Position numbers and translations under genes: made by a program
Source: Eledone cirrhosa
Lineage: Eukaryota
Length of the DNA stretch: 64,000 nt
Direction of reading: 5' to 3'
NCBI GenBank assembly: GCA_964016885.1
Contig: OZ024743.1
Coordinates: 278,380,001 to 278,444,000 of the forward strand
Shown: positions 14,487 to 29,700 of the stretch, piece by piece
Position numbering within the stretch: position 1 is the stretch's first letter
How the letters are laid out: every line of letters starts with the position of its first letter
The notes under the pieces: model-generated
The model's input: only the letters and a program-made list of their open reading frames with translations
The model's database searches: none
What the model was told of the DNA's origin: nothing

Positions 14487-14869
14487 TAAAAGGAATTTCA
14501 ACTTTGTCTGATTTACTCGTTTTATTTACAATCCTTTAAAATTATAATGGTATTAGAATGAAATAGTATGGTAGAATATTAATGTTAAGTGTCAATTGAA
14601 GAAGTACTTTCATGCTTTCGCAATCTTCAGGTTCATATTGTGTGGTGACAGTCAAGTTTGCAATTTTCAACTGTCAGTTGAAAATTGCAAACTTGACTGT
14701 CACCACACAATATGAACCTGAAGATTGCGAAAGCATGAAAGTACTTCTTCAATTGAGACTTAACATTAATATTCTACCATACTATTTCATTCTAATACCA
14801 TTATAATTTTAAAGGATTGTAAATAAAACGAGTAAATCAGACAAAGTTGAAATTCCTTTTATTAATATA
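14479..14869. mobile_element. Near-perfect 391-bp palindrome carrying an HHR-like motif on each arm
   Basis: 195-bp arms around a 1-nt centre (14674) with one mismatch seen; (TA)n on both sides; motif CTGAAGA TTGC gaaa GCAT GAAA GTAC TT at 14718-14746 and mirrored. Confidence 0.85.
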
Positions 14870-14911
14870 ATCTTCTATGCACAATCATATGCGTCCATGT
14901 ATATATATATA

Positions 14912-15167
<256 letters not shown>

Positions 15168-15433
15168 TATCATTACTTTCTCCCTTCTTGTTTCTTTCTT
15201 CGTGCTCAAAAGTTTTTTCTCCCTCTTGTTCTCGTTGTCTCTATCTATATCTTCCTTTTTAAGTCTGCACCTTTTTGCTCTCTCCTCCTCTCACTCAACC
15301 CCCTCTCTCTCTGCAATGACATTTCTATCTCTCCTCCATCTTTTCGGTTCCTCCCTTTCTATATTATATTCCTTGTAGCCTTTCGTTTACCATCTAATCC
15401 ACTGAGTACTATCGTTCCGCTGCATCTGTACAC

Positions 15434-15470
<37 letters not shown>

Positions 15471-15501
15471 CTATATATACACACACACACACACACACAG
15501 A

Positions 15502-15551
<50 letters not shown>

Positions 15552-15810
15552 TATGTAGATACACACACGCACAAACATATGCTCACAAACACGTACACGC
15601 ACCACAGCACACACATATAAGCTATGTGTATGATGCAAATGAAGTATATTTTCGCATATAGAAAATAAATCAAATGTAAGCACTTGGTGGACTTGAACTT
15701 ATATTTGTTATTTGAGGCTTTGCATCCACACATATAATAAACATGTATATGTGCTTACACAGAAACCAACTGTGTCTTCGTTGCCATAAATACATATGTA
15801 TGTGTGATTG

Positions 15811-15860
<50 letters not shown>

Positions 15861-16462
15861 CAGGGTGTAGCTAAAAACGTATAGACTTTGATTACCTGTA
15901 CAGGCAATATTTATTAGAATGCACGGCTTTTCCCCAAAATAAAATGATCTACAGACATAATTGAATAGTATTTAAACACCCCCAAATGTTTACATAATTT
16001 AAATAATTGTTTCTACTTTTGGCACATGGCCAGCAAAAAACCGAGTGTATTACTGGTACTTTATTTTATCGACCCAGTAAGGATGAAAAGCCAAGTTAAC
16101 CTCGGCGGGATTTGATTCAGAATGGCATGGGACGTAACTCTATGCGTCAAAGCATGGCGTCCGACCCTCTACCGATACTGCCAATTCACCGCTCTTACAT
16201 AATTTAAATAATTGTTTCTACTTTTGGCACAAGGCCAGCAATTTCCCAGTGTATTACTGGTACTTTATTTTATCGACCCCGTAAGGATGAAAGGCAAAGT
16301 TAATCTCGGCGGGATTTGAACTCAGAATGGCAAGGGCCGTAACTCTATGCGTCAAAGCATGGCGTCCGACCCTCTACCGATACTGCCAATTCAATGCATA
16401 TGAAGCAGAATTTTAAAGCATACTTTAAAGATTTTTTGTGTATACATATTTTGGACACCCGG
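15861..16462. mobile_element. Tc1/mariner-type MITE with two nested S1 SINEs
   Basis: Imperfect TIRs TA|CAGGGTGTagctaaaaacgtata and tatacatattttggACACCCGG|TA; TA-flanked. Confidence 0.55.
16003..16393 (-). mobile_element. Two tandem S1 SINEs
   Basis: Two near full-length copies, each preceded on + by ttacataatttaaataat. Confidence 0.9.
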
Positions 16463-16519
16463 TATATATATATATATAATTTATATGTAGGAGGTGAGTT
16501 TTATTGTAGCACAATAAAG

Positions 16520-16675
<156 letters not shown>

Positions 16676-16724
16676 AGAGAAGGCGCGTGGCTGAGTGGTA
16701 AGAGAATTGGATTCGCAATCGTGA

Positions 16725-16915
16725 GGGCGGTGGATTGGCAGTATCGGTAGAGGGTCGGACGCCATGCTTTGACGCATAGAGTTACGGCCCTTGCCATTCT
16801 GAGTTCAAATCCCGCCGAGATTAACTTTGCCTTTCATCCTTACGGGGTCGATAAAATAAAGTACCAGTAATACACTGGTTTATTGCTGGCTTTGTGCCAA
16901 AAGTAGAAACAATTA
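16725..16915 (+). mobile_element. S1 SINE inserted into the head of an S2 SINE
   Basis: Full-length S1; the S2 head (16675-16726) is duplicated downstream (17039-17090). Confidence 0.9.
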
Positions 16916-16984
16916 TTTATATATAGATATATAATATTATTTATATATAATACATATCATACATATACATATATATATATATTT

Positions 16985-17041
<57 letters not shown>

Positions 17042-17042
17042 A

Positions 17043-17265
17043 GAAGGCGCGTCGCTGAGTGGTAAGAGAATTGGATTCGCAATCGTGAGGTTGGGATTTC
17101 GATTCCCGGACCGGCTGGGCTGATGCGCTATGTCCTTGAACAAGAGACTTTATTTCACGTTGCTCCCTCTACCTGGAGTTGCGACCGATAGATAGTATTA
17201 GCAATTGGAAAGAACCATGGAAACATTGTTTCCTCGGTCCGATTTGACGAAAGTCGATCGACTGA
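17043..17265 (+). mobile_element. CORE-like tRNA-derived SINE (S2)
   Basis: ggcgcgtcgctgagtggtaag head, ttcgattccc B-box, CORE-like block, hairpin tail. Confidence 0.8.
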
Positions 17266-17497
17266 CGATATATGTATATATAGCTCACCCGTTTAACAAT
17301 CTCACACATTTACTGAATCTCTCACTCACTTTCTCTCTTCTCTCCCTTGTGTCTTTATTTCTCTGCAATCACATATCCTCCTCCTCATCCTTCTCCTTCT
17401 CAACCTCCCCTTTGTTACTACTAATACTACTACTACTACTACTTTTTGAATATCCGTATTTCTATCTATCTATATATCTGTCTATATCTGTGTCTCC

Positions 17498-17591
<94 letters not shown>

Positions 17592-18174
17592 CTGCTACTT
17601 CTCTGTCATGTATACACACACGCCACCTACAGTTAATTTCCTTACTCTCCTTCCTAATCATATCACTCACCTTACTCCAGCTTCCACTCTGTCACATATT
17701 TCAACTCTTCCTACAACTAATTTTTTTTCATTTACCTCCCCCAATTTTAACATATACTCTTACTACCTCTCTATCTCCATATTTGATACTTTCCCCTTAG
17801 CTAGTCATGTTTTCCATTTTACAGATACTACCACTGTGCCTCACACTCCGGGTACAGGGTACATTGCTTTCTACTCATACCACTTACTTCTACGCCACCA
17901 TGTCACATTCTATAGCATGTCTTATTTTTATTTTACTCTCATTTTTATACACTCATGTTTCCCTCATTCTCCGGCAACTCCAATTCATATAATTCATTGA
18001 GCCATAGTGGGTGTCTCTAGGCAGTCGTTCGATTTGCTAGAAATTGCAATCAAACCTACCTCAAATCACACACCACCCACCCGGGGAAAGGCATGCCAAC
18101 ACGACTTTAACTCTTCCAGCTCCATCATGTTACGTAATGTTCTCTCTCCCCTTTTCACTCTCACTTTCTCTCAA

Positions 18175-18227
<53 letters not shown>

Positions 18228-18298
18228 ATATGTATGTGTGTGTGTGTGTAATAAGTAATGATAAATATATATACATACGCACACACACACATATGTAT

Positions 18299-18335
<37 letters not shown>

Positions 18336-18365
18336 TGTATGTATGTATGTATGTATCTATGTATG

Positions 18366-18411
<46 letters not shown>

Positions 18412-18437
18412 GATATATACACATATATAATATATAT

Positions 18438-18492
18438 AAAGAGATGGGGCCCGACACCTCAGCTCTTGCCGTTTCAACAGCTAGTTCCTGAC
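18438..18492 (-). mobile_element. Diverged family B fragment (3' half of HHR) in (TA)n
   Basis: Minus strand gtcaggaactagctgttGAAAcggcaagagctgaggtGTCgggcccc aligns to family B. Confidence 0.55.
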
Positions 18493-18528
<36 letters not shown>

Positions 18529-18531
18529 TAT

Positions 18532-18608
<77 letters not shown>

Positions 18609-18782
18609 CTTTCTTTTTCTTTTTCTTCTACTCTTCTCTTTCACTTTCTTCCTCTACCTGTCTACACATTATTTAAAACGGAAATTGTCACTAATCTAAG
18701 TACAGAATCGCTGGGAGGATGGTCATAGTTGGAATAACATTGATCAAAGGTTGGCTCGATGATCGTTGCCCTGAGGTTAAAG

Positions 18783-18909
18783 ATCATCATCATCATCATT
18801 ATATTCATCAACATTATCATCATCATCATCATCACCATCATCATCATCATTATCATCATCATCACCGTCATCATCATCTCATCATCATCATCATCACCGT
18901 CATCATCAT

Positions 18910-18941
<32 letters not shown>

Positions 18942-18949
18942 TCACCATC

Positions 18950-18980
<31 letters not shown>

Positions 18981-18995
18981 TCAGCACCATGAACA
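18783..18995. repeat. (CAT/CAC)n microsatellite
   Basis: Direct reading; similar trinucleotide blocks at 30330-30625, 30890-31035 and 56355-56590. Confidence 0.95.
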
Positions 18996-19639
18996 TCAAT
19001 AACAACTCTATCGCAGCAGCAGCCTCAACCTACAATACTTTCTCTTAATTCTTATTTCTACTCTGACCACTACTCCTCTGCTGCCACCACGTCGTATTAC
19101 ATTGCAACTCCTATTTGTAATTCTACTCTGGCTACTCCTCTACAACGACTTGCTCTTTTCTCTGTCATTCTTCAGTTTGACATTCTTTTTTGCTACAACT
19201 CCTACACTACCATCATTCCTTCTCTTTTCCTCCTCTTCCATTGCCTCCTTCTTTAACACTACGTGATTTCGTTATACTCTTCCCCATACTCATTTGTTCT
19301 AACAATACTCCCCTTCATACATCTCATCCTCTCCTCATTCGCCTTCTCCCTTTACTTTCAATATGTTCGAAATAGTCAAGCAACAGAACAGCTATGTCAA
19401 CAGAGAGAGAGAGAGAGGGTGGCAGTGAATGCCAGAGAACAAGAGAGAGAATGAGAGGAGTGGGGCAAAAACGTTAGAACAGTAAGATGTGGTGGCATTC
19501 ATCAGTGACCTCTTTTGGGGATTTAATTTTTTTTTAATGACTCAAGTAAAAGATAGGATTTTACAAGTTATGGGCGCATGTGAGCGTGCGCGCGTGCGCG
19601 TGTGTGTGTCTTTGAGTATGTGTACGTACGTTTCAATGT

Positions 19640-19715
19640 ATGTATAGTCCTGCTTGTATGTACATGTATAGTCCTGTTTGTATGTACATGTATAGTCCTG
19701 CTTGTATGTACATGT
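19640..19715. repeat. 24-bp tandem repeat x3
   Basis: Unit tgtatagtcctgcttgtatgtaca. Confidence 0.85.
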
Positions 19716-21624
19716 CAACCACAAACAAACAGAAATATGGCTAAAGTTACTCTGTCTTTGACCATCTCGACACATTTTCAGACATTATCTGTAAGATGAC
19801 ATTATAAACTGCACCCTTTTCAAAAATAGTTTCTTGGAAAATTTGGCTGTTATTTCTAGCAGTTTCAGCAAACACTAGTATTGTGTATGGCATGTGAATT
19901 TATGTTTATGTTAATACTTGTATGTGAGATTGTGTATGCATGTGTATATACGGCGGTTATAGTTTGACTCCTACTCAACCAAGATCGAGTGGACATATCA
20001 TAAAAGGCATTTCCTGAATGAATTATCCAAAATATCTTTCTCTTTTTCGAGAAATTAGAAAGTGATTTAAAGAATAGATAAAGGTGGGCTGAAACTTCCA
20101 TAAGTTGAGTATGAAAGAATGACGCTAGAGCTGTGAAATATTACATGCATTAATTTTAACCCATTTTATTAATAATTGCATTGTTTCTTTCCAGGGACTA
20201 TGTTGAAATATAAACCTCATTTGGTCATTCCATGAGAGTATCTTGGTCAGCTTATGAATGTTTCAGTCAATGAACTTTTCAACCGACCTTCGTATTGCTG
20301 CTATTCATAGAAAGCAGACCAACCATAACCCCCCCCCCCCCTCGTTAGTCCATGTGTATAAATATATATGTTTGTGTGTGTGTCTGAATGTGGTTAAGAT
20401 TTGTTTAGTGAATGTGTGGGATAAGTGTACGTGTTCAATCAGTCTATGTGTGTATATGAGTATGTGTGACTGAAGCATTCCGTGAGTAAAGGTGTGTATG
20501 ATACATATTTATGAACTCAGAATGAGAGTGCCACAGTCACGCGGCGAACAAAGGTAAGTTGCATAGAGATCATCTAATTGTTAGTTTAGTCAGTGAAAGC
20601 GCCTATCTTAGGAATTGAAATGTTCGTAAGGCCGAGATTTCAATTCTCGGACTAGGGGATGCAAGGTGTCCTTGGGTAATACCTTTATTTCGCGTCGTTA
20701 CAACCCACTCAGATAGAAAAAAGAATTAGGAGCAACGATACTAGTGCCAAGTTGTGTCGGGATATGCCTTTACTTTGGACAACGTTGCTGGCATGGAGAC
20801 GGAAAATTGGTATGATTGAGCAACTGATTGCCCGCCCCAAAACACCCTGTACACGCTCTTACCTCGAAGAAGTATACACTCAGTCAGTCAGTTTTGAAGC
20901 AAAGCCATTAGTCAGTCATGAAAATATTAGTGATGTGTGTGCGATTGAAATCCTGTGTGGGCGATTGAATAAATTTGAGGGTACTTTAACTGATCTGAAT
21001 CTAAACAGAAATTGAAGAGCGATCAATCACTATGTCTAAATGAATCTTTCTGCCGAGTGAATATATAAATATGCGATGGTGAGTGAGCAAGTATGTGGCT
21101 GTTTAAATACACCAAAAGGAAATAAACATATGAAATAATTAATAGAGCTTATACAAATTAATTAACTAAGCATATGAATTAATTATTCTCCTCCATAAGG
21201 ATACTGGCGTCTATGAATTATTAATGCTCTAAACAAGCGGGGAGAGTAGTTTTCATTACCAGGGACGAATTGCAAGTACATAAGAACACGTAGGGGACGC
21301 ATCTAAGTCGAGAAACGTAATTTCCTTTCTTTGGTATACGTGGAAAGTAGCACCGATTGGGATTCCATGGAAAGAAATAACGATAAGAAAATACATAATA
21401 CATACACAGACATAAACATAGCCCAAAAAGCGCCCACGCACACACTTTTTTTTAATGCGCGTGGTTTGTAGGGTCATAAATTCATATGTTTATATATGAA
21501 TTGCTGGCTTAGTCAGTGCCTGTTTTTCTCAGACAAGAGTGGTTGTCTTCATACATATATACATACATTGTATGTATATATATATATACCTGCTCTTTCT
21601 TTACAGAAGAGAGTCATCTTTCTA

Positions 21625-21810
21625 ACATTGTACAGAACGGACATCAGTCCGCGAATGACTCACCAAACCTGCCATGCTCCTCCATACCATTTTACAGATG
21701 TGACATACATAAGGCCTTTGGATAGACTTGAATGTAACCAACTCCTTATGCATTTTAATGTACTGCTTGAGTCCACGGCAAAGGTACAAACTTTGTCGCA
21801 AAACTGACAC
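21625..21810 (-). mobile_element. Retroelement C-terminal C2H2 zinc-finger fragment (RTE-like)
   Basis: CQFCDKVC / LKQYIKMH and RPYVCHICKMVWRSMAGLVSHSR; a partial second copy at ~22330-22395. Confidence 0.5.
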
Positions 21811-21839
21811 GAATTCTCCGCAGGACTTTCAACATGCGC

Positions 21840-24040
21840 TAACCACATTTTCATACATGACCTGAGGACGTTGAGCAATTTACCTTGCTTCCTGGACGAA
21901 CTCAGTTTACGTACGTTTATACATCCTACTCTTAGAATTGCCATGTTTTCTGGTGGGCGTTGAGAGATAAGAAACGGGTTTACTTACCCTCCAAGTGCTG
22001 TTGGAGTCCGGTTTGTTCGATCTCAATATTTCGTGCTTTTTCTTTTGAGAACCTCTTTATAAGCCTACTAGTTGCTCTACATTGGAGGCTCCCACATCAT
22101 GTGTGAAGTTCTCCATTATGATATTAAATGTCTGTGGTGCCATTGGCACCCTCATTAGTGTCTGCAGCACTTTGATGGTGTTGGTGGCAAATATCTCGCC
22201 ATCTCTCTTAATCTCCTTACTTCCTGATTACTTCCTCTTCTTACTAGCACGACGTGTGGTGGCTGAGTGGTTGGTTGTTTTGGTTGTACGCCCTTTCGTT
22301 TTGCTGGTTGTGCTGGTATGGTATCAGTGGTGCCATGCTTCTCCATACCATTGTACAGATGTGACACACATAAGGCCTTTGGATAGACTTGGATGTGTCT
22401 CTATTTGTTGTGTGTGTAGTTTCTATTGTGTGTTGGTGTGATGCCAAATGTTTTTGTCTTGGTTTCTTTTTTGTGTTTTCGGTTTTGAAGATTCACCTTC
22501 ATCTTCAATTCCTGTTGAGGAGGTCCTGGTGTCGCTGAAATTTGTATCGGATTGTGTTTATGCGGGTGCCTAAGTGTGCGTCTGTATATTTAGGAGACGG
22601 GGAGAGAGAGGGAGGATTAAAGAAAGAGAGCTTTCTTGACAGACTCCCTAGGTGATTTCGTTGGAGTGTGTTGTTGATGGTTGTGTTGGTCTTTTTGTCG
22701 TTGTAGTTGCGGCGGCTGCTGCTGGTGTTGTTGGTGCTGTATTTGTTTTGGTTTTAGTAGCTGTTTAATTCATGCTCCTGGCAGCAAAGGTGCTTTGTTG
22801 GGGCAAAAAGCACTTGACTGTCCAGTTTTATCACACACATGACAGTGGGCTTTTTTTGCCCTCAATGATGACCCACGCCACCCGGATGGCGAATTAAGCC
22901 TGAGATCGTGCCTATGTTCTCTGGGTTAGTCTGGATAAGTATCTTCAGACTGATCCCAGACCAGTTCTCAATCCGGGTTCTCTTTACCTCCAGGGCCGTT
23001 TCGTTTCCCTCTAGGACGATGCATTCTAAGATTCACCAAATGTCTATCTCTGGCGGAATCCCAGCAATACAGATCTTTTGTGCCCTTTTTCCCATGAAAG
23101 AGGGAAACAAAATGAATTGGTCGCTTTACAGTGAACTATCGAGAACTTCTTTTCAAAGCCCTCTTTATCGAAGAGTAATGAGATGCTCCCAAACTGCTTG
23201 GGCCTTCCCACGTGTTGGATATCCGGCATCAAGCCCTTCAGACATGGGAATGTGGGGTACAGCTCCGGCTTTTTGGATTGTTGCAAGACTTGCTGAAAGT
23301 CTTTTTGACGTGAATAAGATAAAAATAAAATTCATCCACTACCAAGGATTCATTTCTGAACCCCACAGATCCAAGGCAACCCTCAAAACCAAAAGCCACA
23401 TAGAGAAGTGACCCCTCTTCATTCTGCACACTTCAGGGCTTCAGGTTCCTGCTCAGAGTAGGCTCAGAGTAGGCTCGCTATATTCGCCCGCCTTTTTAAC
23501 AAATGTACTTGGGTGGAGCAGTACTTCCTTCTGCCACTCACCTTCCTTCCCAAATGAAATTCATCAAGTCGGTGAGGGTTTGGCGCAAGAGGAACTTGGC
23601 TTTCTTCAGTCCTTACAGTCGGGCCACCATAAAACCTCTTTCTTCAAAGCCAGAGGAAAACTACCTCACTTTCTTTGTCAAAATAAAGCGATGTGGCGAT
23701 CTTCTCGATTGAATCGGCCGATAGCCGTATCTGTCCTACATGTGACAATGCTATTTGACAAAATTCCACAAGTCAGCAATGCCCGACACTGGATGAGATC
23801 GTGCAGAACGGTTTCGTTGCTGTACGCGCAGCTCGGACAGCTCCGCCTGAGAGTGCTTCCGTTCCTGTGGAGGTTGTCTCGAACTAGCAGTGTTTCCTAT
23901 CCCCTGGTAGCTCACCCAGACCAGTGACTTCTTGAAATTATGCACAGGCCCTATACCAAAAGTCCTCTGGAACAGAGTGTCTTGTTCGTTTTCGTGGATG
24001 CTTAGAGTCTCCCCGAGAACGCCATCGCACTTACAGTCCC
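21840..24040 (-). mobile_element. Decayed Tx1/L1-like non-LTR retrotransposon segments
   Basis: APE N-terminus MAILRVGCINVRKLSSSRKQGKLL (21944); ORF1 zinc knuckle CHVCDKTGQSSAFC (~22800-22845); ORF2 C-terminal zf-RVT LVRDNLHRNG...CPSCAYSNETVLHDLIQC (~23780-23890). Confidence 0.8.
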
Positions 24041-24403
24041 CTAATAATAATTTTTATTTCAGATACAAGGGGTGGAAAAAGTCCATCACATCAATCCCAG
24101 TACTTAACTGATACTTTATTTTATCCACCTCGGATTGATGAAATGCAAAGTTTACATCGGCGTGATTTGAATGAAGAATGTAGAATAACATAGCAAAATA
24201 TCGCAATGTATTTCATTGCTTCTTTAGCGATTCTGTCATGAACACTAATACCAAATGATATAATCATAATGCCAACAATTTTGCGGGAGGAGGAAAATGA
24301 ATTAAATCGACCCCAGTGTATTACTGGTATTTTTTTAATGACTCCGTAAGGATAATAGCTTCACGGCATTTTGTCTAAGATCAAAGTGAAAATGATATAA
24401 TCA

Positions 24404-25162
24404 TAATTGTTTCTACTTTTGGCACAAGGCCAGCAATTACGGGGTCTATAAAATAAAGTACCAATAATACACTGGTACTTTATTTTATAGACCCCGTAAG
24501 GATGAAAGGCAAAGATAACCTCGGCGGGATTTGAAATCAGACCATAAAGGGCCGTAACTCTTTGCTGCAAAGCATGGCGTCCGATCCTAATCATAATTGT
24601 TTCTACTTTTGGCACAAGGCCAGCAATTATCTCAGAGCATTACTGGTACTTTATTTTTCGACCCCGTAAGGATGAAAGGCAAAGTTAACTTCAGCAGGAT
24701 TTGAAATCAGACCATAAAGGGCCGTAACTCTTTGCTGCAAAGCATGGCGTCAGACCCTCTACCGATACTGCCAATCCACCATCATATCAATAATTGTTTC
24801 TGCTTTTGGCACAAGGCCAGCAATACCCCAGTGCATTACTGGTACTTTATTTTATCGACCCTATAAGGATGAAAGGCGAAGAGTGAACCTCAGCGGGATT
24901 TGAACTCAGACCGTAAAGAGACGTAACTATGCTAGAAAGCATGGCGTCCAACCCTCTACTGATACAGCCCTCGATCCTAATCATAATTGTTTCTACTTTA
25001 GGCACAAGGCCAGCAATTACCAGTACATTACTGGTACTTTATTTTATCGACCCCGTAAGGATGAAAGGCAAAGTTAACCTCGGCGGGATTTGAACTCAGA
25101 CTGTAAAGGGACGTAACTATGCTAGAAAGCATGGCGTCCAACCCTCTACCGATACAGCCCTC
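24404..25162 (-). mobile_element. Tandem array of four S1 SINEs
   Basis: Four head-to-tail copies; spacer gatcctaatcataat at 24583, 24973 and 25163; older S1-like fragments at 24060-24350. Confidence 0.9.
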
Positions 25163-26560
25163 GATCCTAATCATAATGATATGTGATCAGTGACATTATG
25201 TATTTGAATGATGATGTCAGCAACGAGGAGAGTTTAGTTCGGTCTGTCTGTGATGTCATGTGAAGTGAATGAGTGTGAGTCTGTAATGGAAATGAATGAA
25301 TGAATGAAGCGAATGACTTTGTGAGTAAGCTGTGTGTAGAATGCTATATAAAATGATTGATGTTCGTATAGACTGCCGTTGCCACTGAAATACGTTCCGT
25401 ACATTTGAAGATGTTACTTGCTCAAGCTGTTGTCGTATCTTAGACACTTTGATCTATTCATCGGTGTTCCTCTTGCTTTTTAGATGTTCACTCATTCGTC
25501 TTGTTGTTCTTGTTTTATTTACTTTTTATTTCATCGCTTTCAATATATAGTAATCGCCAATGCTGTAATAAACATTGTTGTTGTAGTTATCTTGTGGTTG
25601 TTTTTGGACTTTCCTTTTCTCTTCTTTATGGCTGTTGGTGTTTTTATATTTATTTGTTTATTGCTAGTATTTCTTCGTCTTTGTTATTGTTTCTGTTATT
25701 GTTGTCGCTGTTCATATGCGTTTCAGTATTTCTTTTAATTTTTATGGCCATTGATGTTCTTTATATCAATTATTTATTTATTTTAAGCTTCTTTTATTGA
25801 TGTTGTTGTTAATGTGTACAAGGGTGCAAATAAGTGCGTCTGTCTAAGTATGTGTGTGTTTGTGTCGGTATGCCTGTGTGTGAGTGTGTACATATGCGTT
25901 CGTGTTTGCTCTACAATTTTGAATATGTAACTAATTTATTAATGAACTCAATGTAAGAGAGAGAGAGAGAGAGAGAGAGAGTTATTATTTAGCGCCCTTT
26001 CTTATTTCGCCAAGAAAGTAAGCTTTGATTTGAGGAAGTATTTGCTACTATTTCTAGCCTGTTGAGCGACTGCGTATTAGCACCGTGATTGGCTTACGAT
26101 CAGTGATTTGAGAGGAGAAATATCAGAATTCTAATTTTCATCGACGTCGAAGTTTCCATTCATGCCTCTTAGTAAGTCCTGCCCAGCATGACGTTACAAA
26201 GACACAGATATCTCGGAATATGACGCCGGCGTCTCAGATGACAACGACAATAACAACAAGCATTAAGTTGAAACCACATGGAAAGCAAACACATAGACAA
26301 ACGTGGCATGGAATAAAATAAAATTAATTGAGAAACGTTGAATCTTCGTCTGGCCAGATATTTCCGATCATCACTCTGAGACGAAGGGCAAATCCCTGAA
26401 GCGTATGGTTATTGAACTTTTCGAAGATTTCCATAAAGTCATCTATTGAATAGTAATCAAGCGATGTATGCCTATACGTGTGTCTGTCTATGTATGTATG
26501 TATGTATGTATGTATGTATGTATGTATGTATGTATGTATGTATGTATGTATGTATGTATG

Positions 26561-27154
26561 TCAGGTCACCAGTTGGTGCTACTGGTAGCATGTATCCCAG
26601 TACAACCTGTCTCATGGTCGGATCGTTGGCGACTAAACCGGCAACCCCACCAAGGTTTCTTGGTGAGGAGGGTGACTTTGGACATCCTGCAGGACTAAAA
26701 ACAAAACCTGTCAAAAGGCAAAGAGTCAATGGCCATCCAAAATAACCGGGAGAGATGACCTCCTAGCCTTTGTCAAGGCAGAATTCTAGGAGAAGGAAAA
26801 CTGATATAACACCTGCAACCCTGATGGTATCCAATGATGTTGACTTGTTCTTCTTTTTGGTAAATATCATCTTGGTTAAGAGAGTGGGACTGGCTTTGTG
26901 CAGTGCCTTTGCTCACTATAAAAGCTTCACGGCACAGGCATTGCTTTATATCTGGAGATCTCTCTGCACTTGTCGTCACATGGTACCATGGGACCAGCAC
27001 TATGTGTCAATAATTGTCACAAGTGTAGTGTTTGTACCAGAATTTTCAAGTCGCTGGCTGCACTAAAAAGTCACACTCGTTCAGCGCATCGGTAGGGGTT
27101 CTCCTACATGGATATAAAGTAGTGGCCGTACTCGAAAACGAGTTGGCAGCCACC
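26561..27154 (+). mobile_element. Non-coding ~600-bp retroposon in (TATG)n, RTE-5'UTR-like
   Basis: (TATG)n on both sides; ggagaaggaaaactgat motif resembles RTE 5' UTRs; the 3' half recurs with few differences at 49290-49598 (-). Confidence 0.65.
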
Positions 27155-28019
27155 ATGTATGTATGTATGTATGTATGTATGTATGTATGTATGTATGTAT
27201 GTATGTATGTATGTATGTATGTATGTATGTATATGTACGTATGTATGTACGTATGTATGCATGTTTATATTTTAATGTCTATGTGTGTATGGATTAATCC
27301 GTATATAACTTGTATGTGTGTATGCATCTATGAACGTACCTATGTATGTAAATACGTGCATATGTATATATGTATGCATGCATGTATGTATCATAAGTTC
27401 CATACGAAGTCGATTAAAAAGTACCAATTAAGTACTGGGGTCGAGTCTTCTATATCCCTTTCTCCCTCACTTTCTCTCAATCTTTATCATCTGGACTGGA
27501 GGAGGTGAGCCCACCAGGTTTTATAATGCCCTAGAAATGCTGCATGTCAATATGGCGCCACAAGGACTCCATCGGAATTTACGGGATCATGCACAGTATT
27601 ATACTTATACTTCACCTCAACTTAAGGATGAATAGCGAAGAGAAAATCACCAGGTTTCCGTCACAGAACATAAAAATGTCTCGCAATAAATACAGCTAGG
27701 TATATGGTCTTCTAAAATTCTGCCTATCCACCGCACTTTCTGCATAATGTAGCAGTCAAGATGGAGCAGAACTGTGATCACAGGCTTTCAGGGGAGTAGA
27801 CTATGATTTCACATATTTGTTAAGTCAGCAAAGCCAACTTCGCCACTGGTTGTAGTGGTGGCACAGTTGGGGTCGTAAAATACGTAATGCTCTGGTTGTT
27901 GTCATAGTTAATGTTGGACTGTTTATAGTAGCAAAAATGCAAAGGACATATTGATATAATTCCCTGTTTTTTAAATGTCAGTAGTAGTAGTAGTAGTAGT
28001 AGATTTTATAGTAGTGTTT

Positions 28020-29700
<1,681 letters not shown>

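Noticed and set aside
21625-21810. Host C2H2 zinc-finger gene
   Set aside because: Frameshifted, lacks TGEKP linkers, and resembles retroelement C-terminal fingers.
24404-25177. Repeat-spacer-like array resembling CRISPR
   Set aside because: Units are ~190-bp SINE copies separated by target duplications; eukaryotic context and no cas genes.
26367-26410. HHR-like ctgagacga AGGG caaat CCCT gaag cg ta tggt
   Set aside because: Core insertion, GAAG and offset stem I; possibly a decayed HHR but too degenerate to call.
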